Origin: an uncultured Planctomycetia bacterium
GTDB taxonomy: Bacteria; Omnitrophota; Gorgyraeia; JABMRJ01
Direction: 5' to 3'
DNA length: 51,446 bases
Assembly: GCA_964556455.1 (NCBI GenBank)
Contig: CAZKWI010000002.1
Coordinates: 1-51,446 of the forward strand
Below the pieces are notes generated by a model. That model was not told the origin of the DNA, searched no databases, and saw nothing but the letters and a program-made list of their open reading frames with translations. This document shows positions 34,703-41,378 of this stretch, piece after piece. Position 1 is the stretch's first letter, and every line of letters starts with the position of its first letter. A program made the translations under genes and the position numbers.

Positions 34703-37384
34703 TTATTCCTGCTTTTTTAAATTGATCTCTTCTTTTTCGCCGTCTCCGTCTTTTAATGTGATACCCTTTGAAGATATATCCACAACCTCTTTGCCGTCAA
34801 TGAGATCCCCTACTTCTAAAATCTTGCTGTTTACAACAGCCGCCGCTTTATCGTCTTTTCCGATAATTCCATATATCAGCATAAGGTCTTGCTCATCCTC
34901 TCCCATCTGCTCTTTTTGCGCTTTCTCAAGCTCTGCCCTGGCCTTATCAATTCCTTCTTTTGCCTCCGTATTGTAAACATCCAGCGCTAAGACATCTCTC
35001 CATGCGTCTATAGCCTGTTGGTATTGACCGTTATCAAAATAGTCTTTAGCGGTTTTTAAAGGCGCTTCGATCTTTTGTTCTCTGGTAATCTCTCTTCCGG
35101 CCTGTTGAATTGCCAGGGTCTCTCCTGCAGGTCCTTGAATGTTCTCTTTTTCCGAACCAGCTTCTATTTTGGCGGCTTGCGCGACTTCTTTTATCTCACC
35201 AGGCCGCACAACTTCTTCTGTCTCGACAGCCCGCACAATCTCTTTTTTCTTTTTCGCTTCAACTTGCGCGGCTTCCATCTTCTTCTTCAGCAGCTCCTTC
35301 ATTGCAGCCGCGCGCTCTTCTTCTGCCAATATTGCGTCTACCTCCTCCAGCTGCTTCCTTGCTCCTCTGGCCCATTCCATGTCAGCAGAACGATTTAATG
35401 CCACTGCCCGAAACATCTTTCCCGCCTCTTCGTATTGTCCTAGCCTTTTAAAACAAATACCCATTTGATAATGTTCGAACCCCAGAGAAATGCCCTCCTG
35501 GAGATCTAACGCAGTTCTATATATTTGAATAGCTGCGTGAGGGCTATTCTGCCGCTGATAGCAATCGGCTAATGCGTAAAATGCCTCCATTAAAAACGGG
35601 CTATCCGGATATTTGCGGACTAACTTCTGGAATTCCTCAATTGCCCTGTCTAATAAACCCTGTTTTAAATAAATTGTGGCTATCCAATACTGGGCATAAC
35701 CGGCTTTGTCGCTAAGAGGATGGCTTAAAATCACCCTTTTGTATTCTTTGATCGCCTCTCCTTCCATGCCCAGCATTTCAAAACAACTGCCTATATAATA
35801 TTGCGCGTTTGCGCTCTGCTTTTTATCGGGGAACCTTTTAATAAATTCTCTATATCTGTTGATGGCCTTCTCATACTTCTTCGCTGCGTGCAGCTCCGAT
35901 GCTGCCTGGTACTGCACCACCGGGTCCCCTTTTCTGTGCAAAAAGCGCACCGCTGATCTTGATGCGATAATTACCATTATCCCAAGAACGATCATTTTAA
36001 ATATAGCCCATCTCTTTTCCTGCGTAATTGGCTCTTTTTTGCGCGGGCTTAATTTTTCCTTCTCCCGGGCTTCGGTTTTTTCTTTTTCAGGATCATCTCT
36101 TGTTTCTGCCAGCGCTGCTTCGTGAGGTTTTATTATCTTTTGGACCTTATTTACCCTGTCCCGCTTCTCAACCTGCGAGATCTTATCGCCCGGAGCGAAG
36201 AGGGTTAATATAAAGTCCACACCGGTCTCTACAAATTTAGGTTCTTTTAAACCATTCTCCTGAGCTGCCTTTTTTATGCGCCTGACACCCGTACCCAGCT
36301 TCTCGATATACCCCTCCATAAGCAGGAGGGCCTCAACGATTATCTTATTTCTTGAGTATTGCGTATATTCCATATTTTCCACTGTTACAGGGCCGGGCAA
36401 TCCTCCGGGTGTATATATCTCTATACGATCATCGAACATAAAGATCCTGATACACGCCTCCTTAAAATTATAATCGCGGTGCACTATGGCGTTAGCGACC
36501 GCCTCGCGGACAGCGACCAGAGGATACTCAGGAAGGTCCAGCCTCTTCAAGCCTTCAAACATCCCGCTTAACTTCATATGCCTGACCACAAACTGCTGCG
36601 CTTCGTCGATCATCTCAGGTATGGTCGCCCTCAGCTCTTTTCTATCTATTATCGAACCAGCTTTATCCGTACCCTTAAATTTTGCCATGTTTACGCTCGA
36701 GGACCACAGAAATCGCTGCGGATCCTTACCAAAGAGCAATAACCCCGCGGTAGAAGGCAGGAGGCTTCCATTGCGCCTGACCAGAATCCCTATATTCTCC
36801 AATAAGATCTTTGTGGAGATATCTTTTTCTGATTTAAATCTTTTCTTTCTCTTTTCGATATAATCCTCTATCTTAGCGGAGTCTAGATCGTTATATGTGG
36901 CCTTCTCCACTGGCAGGCTATCGCCCCCTACCCCTTTCTTAAAAAGCTTCCGGCCTGGCGACATAGATTGTATCTCGCCAGAGGCAGCCACGCGGACATG
37001 CTGGCCATCCCTGATATAACAGTGGCCCTCTGCATAATAAGGTTTATTTTTCCCCGCTTTAACAGAAACAGCCACTATATTTTTCCTGCCGACCTTCCTT
37101 ATGGCAACTTCGGGAATAACAGGCGGACTGCAACGGTCCTGCCCGATTTTAACCATGTCCTTCTCTATAGACTTTGAGCCGTATATATTGACGCCGACGA
37201 TTGTTTTTTCTTTAGGGTCGGCCCCGATAATTATCAACCCGCCGCTGGTGTTGGCAAAGCTGACCATTGTCCTTGCCAGGCTTAAAATATCGTTTTCTTT
37301 GACCGGTAGATCCGGCCTGAGCTCAACGTCCCGCCTGGGCCCCTGCTTCACCATCTCCTCTATCTGATAGCCTGTCAGATTCAC
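34703..37384 (-). CDS. Bitopic membrane protein: cytoplasmic AlbA_2 (Schlafen-type) and HATPase_c_4-like domains, one TM, periplasmic TPR repeats, coiled coil, GspB/PilP-like C-terminal domain
   Basis: 893 aa, GTG start with AGGAG 6 nt upstream. aa 1-~125 ..LSLARTMVSFANTSGGLIIIGAD.. is AlbA_2. aa ~285-395 ..YPLVAVREAVANAIVHRDY...IEIYTPGGLPG...GTGVRRI.. is HATPase_c_4-like. TM at aa 459-479, WAIFKMIVLGIMVIIASRSAV (35948..36010), preceded by basic residues. TPR-like repeats at aa ~493-670. Lys/Glu coiled coil. aa ~833-888 LMLIYGIIGKDDKAAAVVNSKILEVGDLIDGKEVVDISSKGITLKDGDGEKEEINL (34721..34888). Confidence 0.7.
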   Translation of the reverse strand: MNLTGYQIEEMVKQGPRRDVELRPDLPVKENDILSLARTMVSFANTSGGLIIIGADPKEKTIVGVNIYGSKSIEKDMVKIGQDRCSPPVIPEVAIRKVGRKNIVAVSVKAGKNKPYYAEGHCYIRDGQHVRVAASGEIQSMSPGRKLFKKGVGGDSLPVEKATYNDLDSAKIEDYIEKRKKRFKSEKDISTKILLENIGILVRRNGSLLPSTAGLLLFGKDPQRFLWSSSVNMAKFKGTDKAGSIIDRKELRATIPEMIDEAQQFVVRHMKLSGMFEGLKRLDLPEYPLVAVREAVANAIVHRDYNFKEACIRIFMFDDRIEIYTPGGLPGPVTVENMEYTQYSRNKIIVEALLLMEGYIEKLGTGVRRIKKAAQENGLKEPKFVETGVDFILTLFAPGDKISQVEKRDRVNKVQKIIKPHEAALAETRDDPEKEKTEAREKEKLSPRKKEPITQEKRWAIFKMIVLGIMVIIASRSAVRFLHRKGDPVVQYQAASELHAAKKYEKAINRYREFIKRFPDKKQSANAQYYIGSCFEMLGMEGEAIKEYKRVILSHPLSDKAGYAQYWIATIYLKQGLLDRAIEEFQKLVRKYPDSPFLMEAFYALADCYQRQNSPHAAIQIYRTALDLQEGISLGFEHYQMGICFKRLGQYEEAGKMFRAVALNRSADMEWARGARKQLEEVDAILAEEERAAAMKELLKKKMEAAQVEAKKKKEIVRAVETEEVVRPGEIKEVAQAAKIEAGSEKENIQGPAGETLAIQQAGREITREQKIEAPLKTAKDYFDNGQYQQAIDAWRDVLALDVYNTEAKEGIDKARAELEKAQKEQMGEDEQDLMLIYGIIGKDDKAAAVVNSKILEVGDLIDGKEVVDISSKGITLKDGDGEKEEINLKKQE

Positions 37385-37398
37385 AAAAACTCCTTTGC

Positions 37399-38208
37399 CT
37401 ATTGTTCGCTTTCCGCGTTCTTCTCCGCGTCTACCTTAAGCCAATATTCTATTTTATCCAGCTTTTCATAAAAATCATCCAGCGTGGCTTTGCGCTTTAG
37501 AACAACATCCCGTTCAGATGGTGCGTCCGGCTGCGATCTCTCTTTACTCACGGTGGTGCTTATATATCCAAAAGTTATCCCTGCCAATACCGATAAGGCT
37601 ATGACTATGAAATAAGTACTTGTACACACATCCTTAGCTCTGTGCAGGATAAACTCATAGAAAGAGGAATATAAAGACGCCATCTGCCTATCCAGGCTCT
37701 TTCCTGTTTTCCCGAGATTTTCGGTCCTGGTTATTACATCTTTTTTGAGAGAATTTAATTTCTGTATTATCGCTTCGCTCTGTGTAAGCTCTCCGCTAAA
37801 GACCTTCTCTAAACCCTCGCTGAACAGGACAGGCCTGGCCCTGGTATCTATAAGGAGGTGCTTGATCAATGCTTTAATATATTTTAAATCGAATGGTTTG
37901 GTAATATAGTCGAAGACGCCCAGATCGGTCGCCTCCTTTACGGACTTCATTTCTCCGTAACCGGTTATTATTACATTTATTACTGAACTATCGCTCTTTC
38001 TAATTCTGCGTATCGTCTCAACGCCGTCTATCCCGGGCATCTTCAGGTCAACCAGGGTCAGATCGACCTTCTTGTTCTTGACTATTTTTATTGCTTTTTC
38101 TCCGCTTGCCGCGGTTAAAACCTTATAGCCTTCTTTTTTTAAAACCTTGGATAAGATTTTTCTAACCCCGGCTTCATCATCTATTATTAAAATACGCGGT
38201 GCGGTCAT
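37399..38208 (-). CDS. Response regulator (REC domain) with C-terminal coiled segment and single TM anchor; no DNA-binding output domain
   Basis: 269 aa. ILIIDDEAGVRKIL...DLTLVDLKMPGIDG (acceptor Asp54)...ITKPFD. TM at aa ~197-219, STYFIVIALSVLAGITFGYISTT (37552..37620), followed by a ~50-aa charged tail. Confidence 0.85.
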   Translation of the reverse strand: MTAPRILIIDDEAGVRKILSKVLKKEGYKVLTAASGEKAIKIVKNKKVDLTLVDLKMPGIDGVETIRRIRKSDSSVINVIITGYGEMKSVKEATDLGVFDYITKPFDLKYIKALIKHLLIDTRARPVLFSEGLEKVFSGELTQSEAIIQKLNSLKKDVITRTENLGKTGKSLDRQMASLYSSFYEFILHRAKDVCTSTYFIVIALSVLAGITFGYISTTVSKERSQPDAPSERDVVLKRKATLDDFYEKLDKIEYWLKVDAEKNAESEQ

Positions 38209-38235
38209 AAGAAGGCTTCTTCCTCTTCAGTACCG

Positions 38236-38511
38236 TTATTGTTCAACTGCGGGTTTCCCTCTATTGGTCTTCTCCGCCATCAAGCTCATCCAGTCATCCA
38301 AAATTTTCTTTTTAAACCGCCAGCGCCCGCCAATTTTAAAAGCCGGGATCTTTCCCTGTTTGACCAATTTATACACGGTTATCTTGTGAATAGCCAAATA
38401 TGCAGCGACCTGAGCGGTATCCAGCAATTCCGGCGTTTCAGGATTCTCTTTCATTTTTCTGCTCTCTTTCTGCCTTATTTTTATCCATCCCCTTTGCGAT
38501 CCAACTGTCAA
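38236..38511 (-). CDS. HTH_17 (excisionase/MerR-like) small DNA-binding protein, copy 2
   Basis: LLDTAQVAAYLAIHKITVYKLVKQGKIPAFKIGGRWRFKKKILDDWM. The likely real start is the internal MKENPETPE (38454), which shortens the overlap with copy 1. Confidence 0.75.
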   Translation of the reverse strand: MTVGSQRGWIKIRQKESRKMKENPETPELLDTAQVAAYLAIHKITVYKLVKQGKIPAFKIGGRWRFKKKILDDWMSLMAEKTNRGKPAVEQ

Positions 38512-38665
38512 TGGTGCTCTTCTTAAAGCGCCACTGGCCGCCTATTTTAAAAGCGGGGATGATCCCCGCTTTGATCAGTTTATAGATCGTTATTTTGTGC
38601 ATAGTCAGGTATTCAGCCACTTCAGGGACGGTCATAATATTATCAGATCTTTTTTTCATATTCAT
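38438..38665 (-). CDS. HTH_17 (excisionase/MerR-like) small DNA-binding protein, copy 1
   Basis: IMTVPEVAEYLTMHKITIYKLIKAGIIPAFKIGGQWRFKKSTIDSWI. Tandem paralogue of 38236..38511. Confidence 0.75.
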   Translation of the reverse strand: MNMKKRSDNIMTVPEVAEYLTMHKITIYKLIKAGIIPAFKIGGQWRFKKSTIDSWIAKGMDKNKAEREQKNERES

Positions 38666-38670
38666 TTTGC

Positions 38671-38706
38671 GGCGGTATTAAAAACCGGTTTTTTTACTAG
38701 TCCGCC
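38671..38706 (-). promoter_or_regulatory. Palindromic element in the 5' leader of the first HTH_17 gene (candidate operator or leader hairpin)
   Basis: Perfect 14-bp palindrome AAAAACCGGTTTTT (38680..38693), bracketed by GGCGG (38671..38675) and CCGCC (38702..38706). It ends 6 nt upstream of the ATG at 38665. Confidence 0.3.
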
Positions 38707-38760
38707 TTATCTGTTATATGCTTTCGCTAACTTTTATTAGCTAATGTTATTTATTTATAA

Positions 38761-38789
38761 AGTTTACACGATATTTATTCATATGTCAA
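38761..38789 (-). promoter_or_regulatory. Sigma70-type promoter candidate for the HTH_17, response regulator and export-module genes
   Basis: Minus strand reads TTGACA (38789..38784), a 17-nt spacer (tatgaataaatatcgtg), then TAAACT (38766..38761). An A/T-rich UP-like tract lies immediately upstream. It sits in the only large intergenic gap of the window (38666..38919). Confidence 0.45.
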
Positions 38790-38919
38790 GTTACTGCTAT
38801 ATAAAGCTATTGTTTTTTATAAAGTGGGGTCCAGCGTTAAAATTGCGGGTTTCAGCGGTATGACTATACTACATAACTAAAGAAGCCATAACGGATTAAA
38901 GTAATATCTTCAGGCCGAG

Positions 38920-40197
38920 TCAGCCGGCAAGCTGTTCCGCCGGCAGCTCTATCCTGAATTCAGCTCCTTTGCCCGGCTTGCTATCCACCGTTATGTTACC
39001 CTTATGTTCGGTAATTATCCTCTGGCAGATAGAGAGTCCTAAACCAAGGTTTCCCGGGCGCCTGGTAGTAAAAAACGGATCGAATATCTTGTCTATTTGT
39101 TCGGGGGCGATACCAGGGCCTGAGTCTTTGAATTCGATCAATATAGACTTACTGTTTTTTATGTTTACTGTTGTTATGGTCAATCTTCCACCGCGAGGCA
39201 TCGCATATTTGGCATTTATTATTATATTCAAAAAGACCTCTTTAAGCTCATCAGGGTCAATAATCGTCCCGGGTAAAGAAGGGCTTAGGTTCTTAACGAT
39301 CTTTATCCCCTTCAGTGATATCTGGTATTTTACAAGGTTCAAGACCTCCATTATAATACTATTTACATCAATGGAAGTTCCTTCGTATTTAGACGGGCGG
39401 CTGTAGCGCAGGAGCCTCTGAATGATCTTTAAGCAGCGTTTACTTGCCTTGTCTATCTCTATCAGCTCATCCATCATGGGATCGTTCTTTGAGGTGTTGG
39501 AGATTAAATATTGAACATTGGCTGAAATCACGGCTAAGGGATTATCCAGCTCGTGCGCAATGCCCGCGGAGAGCTCTCCCAGGGTAGTCATTTTTTCATA
39601 TATTATCAGCTGTTTTCGCGTCTCCACGCATTTACGGCGAGCGCGTTCTGCCTCTTCATACAACCTCACGTGCCAGATAGCTATAGCCGCCTGGCTGGCG
39701 AGAAAGGAAATAAATTTCAGGTCGCCCTTGTCAAATTGAGATTCAGAGCGCAGGCTGTTTATATTAAGCACCCCGATGACCTTATGTTCTATCTTTAAAG
39801 GCACCGATATGGCCGATTTAATCTCGTTTTTTTTGGCGAATTTATAAAATCTCTTGTCTTTTCTCAAATTTCCTATAAGAAGAGTGCTCTCTCCTCTTTT
39901 GGCTACCCAGCCGGCTATTTCATCGCCGATTTTTATCCTTTTTGTTCTCATGATCTCCTTATCCAGGCCGACAGCCGCTTCTATGCCCAAGGTATGGGTC
40001 TTCTCATCCAATAACATCAAAGAACCTGTATTGCCGCCGGAGGCCTCGAGTGAAGTCTCCAGTATTTGCTGCAGTATTTTTTTAAGCTCATACGCGGTCA
40101 ACATCCTGGCGGCGATATCCAGCAGATCGTCCAGCCCTTCCAGGAAGGTCTTATCAGCGATCTTTCTTCTTTTGTTCTCTTTTGCCCGTTTATTCAT
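38920..40197 (-). CDS. Cytoplasmic sensor histidine kinase (GAF, HisKA, HATPase_c); no TM segment
   Basis: 425 aa. GAF-like region ILETSLEASGGNTGSLMLLDEKTHTL...IGVLNINS. H-box LGELSAGIAHELDNPL. N-box LNIIINAKYAM. G-boxes FKDSGPGI and GLGLGLSI. GAGGAG lies 6 nt upstream of the ATG. Confidence 0.85.
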   Translation of the reverse strand: MNKRAKENKRRKIADKTFLEGLDDLLDIAARMLTAYELKKILQQILETSLEASGGNTGSLMLLDEKTHTLGIEAAVGLDKEIMRTKRIKIGDEIAGWVAKRGESTLLIGNLRKDKRFYKFAKKNEIKSAISVPLKIEHKVIGVLNINSLRSESQFDKGDLKFISFLASQAAIAIWHVRLYEEAERARRKCVETRKQLIIYEKMTTLGELSAGIAHELDNPLAVISANVQYLISNTSKNDPMMDELIEIDKASKRCLKIIQRLLRYSRPSKYEGTSIDVNSIIMEVLNLVKYQISLKGIKIVKNLSPSLPGTIIDPDELKEVFLNIIINAKYAMPRGGRLTITTVNIKNSKSILIEFKDSGPGIAPEQIDKIFDPFFTTRRPGNLGLGLSICQRIITEHKGNITVDSKPGKGAEFRIELPAEQLAG

Positions 40198-40262
40198 CTT
40201 TATCTCCTCTTTCTCTTTATAAATATACCGCCTGCTGAGGCATTTTCAGGAAAAAGCCGGCC

Positions 40263-41357
40263 TTAACCTATAATGTTTAAATAGAGCTTCTCCATTTCAT
40301 CGGTTATCTTCTTCCAATTATAATGCTCCCGGATGCGGGTCCGGGCCCGCCCTCCGGCATCTTCCACCAGATCGGGGTTGGACAGCAGATATTCCAGTCT
40401 TTCTTTAAGGTCCTTTGTGTCCTTTGTCCTGAATGAGAATCCCGAGCTGCCTATAGCCTCCATATTTTCCGCTATATCACTCACAAGGCAGCACCTCTTA
40501 TGGCCCATCGACTCCAGAAGAGAGATCGATAAACCTTCTATCTCGGAAGGGAGAACGAATAAATAGGCGTTGGACAGGATCTCTTCTTTTTGAAGGCCGT
40601 ATAGAGGCCCGGTAAATATTATTCTCTTATCTTCCCCGGCCATATTTTTTAAACGCCGGATATATTTATCTGTATAACTCGTTCTCCCTGTGATAATCAG
40701 CCTTCTGTCAGTATCGATATTCCTGAAGGCCTCTATAAGATAATGAACGCCTTTCTGAGGCGCAAGCCTGCCCAAGTAGAGGATATGTCTTCTATCCTCC
40801 GATTCGCGCGCGCCCGCTGACTGCAGGTTGTCGGCGGTATTTGCTCCGTTCGCGATGTAACGGACTTTCACTTTGTGTTTTTTACTGTAGTACTCAAGCA
40901 AAGTCCTCGATACTACGACCGTCCTGTCAGGAAATCTGGCCGAAGTCCATTCGCAGAGCTTTAAGAACAGCCTGGCGGGGATACCCCACTTCCGGGCCTT
41001 CCAATCCAGGCCCTGAACGGTAACAACGGATTTTTTCGAGAATATCCTGGGCAGGACAGAGAATATCGAAGAACCCAGGCCATGGTAGTGGATTATCTGG
41101 TAATCCTTAAAGACGGCGTACAGGCTGGACAGCAGGCTATGGCTTAATGTCTCCAGATGCTTTGTCGGAATATACGGCAGATACTCAAGCCTTACGCCCT
41201 TGAAAACTTCGTCTTTGCGCTCAGAGTATCCCGAACGGCAAAATACCGTCACCTCGTGCCCTTTATCAGCCAAACGGCGACTCAGCTCTTCCACATAAGT
41301 ATCTATGCCGCCATAGCTGGCGGGGATACCTCTCTGTCCGATCATCGCTATCTTCAT
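40263..41357 (-). CDS. GT4-family glycosyltransferase
   Basis: 364 aa. MKIAMIGQRGIPASYGGIDTYVEELSRRL and LPSEIEGLSISLLESMGHKRCCLVSD. Confidence 0.85.
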   Translation of the reverse strand: MKIAMIGQRGIPASYGGIDTYVEELSRRLADKGHEVTVFCRSGYSERKDEVFKGVRLEYLPYIPTKHLETLSHSLLSSLYAVFKDYQIIHYHGLGSSIFSVLPRIFSKKSVVTVQGLDWKARKWGIPARLFLKLCEWTSARFPDRTVVVSRTLLEYYSKKHKVKVRYIANGANTADNLQSAGARESEDRRHILYLGRLAPQKGVHYLIEAFRNIDTDRRLIITGRTSYTDKYIRRLKNMAGEDKRIIFTGPLYGLQKEEILSNAYLFVLPSEIEGLSISLLESMGHKRCCLVSDIAENMEAIGSSGFSFRTKDTKDLKERLEYLLSNPDLVEDAGGRARTRIREHYNWKKITDEMEKLYLNIIG

Positions 41358-41378
41358 TTACTTTCCTTTATCATCGCC

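Noticed and set aside
34098-34976. 292-aa plus-strand ORF, the longest plus-strand ORF in the window
   Set aside because: It is Phe/Leu/Ser-rich low complexity, produced by reading the antisense of Lys/Glu-rich (AAA/GAA/AAG) coding sequence. It spans the repeat-protein gene, the intergenic gap and the 3' end of 34703..37384, and has no SD or recognisable motif.
34703-37384. Calling the AlbA_2/HATPase_c_4 protein a RecG-like helicase or a Schlafen-type anti-phage defence gene
   Set aside because: There are no helicase motifs (Walker A/B, DEAH, motif VI). The helicase label on this family is a known annotation carry-over. Defence is not supported by the context: there are no nuclease, TA or restriction partners. 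It is also a membrane protein with a large periplasmic part sitting inside an export operon.
38236-38665. HTH_17 'excisionase-family' genes as a marker of a prophage or integrative element
   Set aside because: I found no integrase, recombinase, phage structural gene, att-like direct repeat or tRNA anywhere in the window. The genes are co-directional with, and promoter-proximal to, a response regulator, which fits a regulatory role better.
38890-38925. Rho-independent terminator after the histidine-kinase gene, with a similar check at 34650..34700 after the AlbA_2-TPR gene
   Set aside because: Only 4-5-bp stems are present (for example AGCGC-N8-GCGCT at ~34662..34679), without a following T-tract. 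That is not enough to call a terminator.
40198-40262. Possible promoter upstream of the histidine kinase (TTCCTG, 19 nt, TATATT on the minus strand)
   Set aside because: The -35 is poor and the spacer is over-long. The HK has a good SD and is more simply read as co-transcribed with the upstream GT4 genes.
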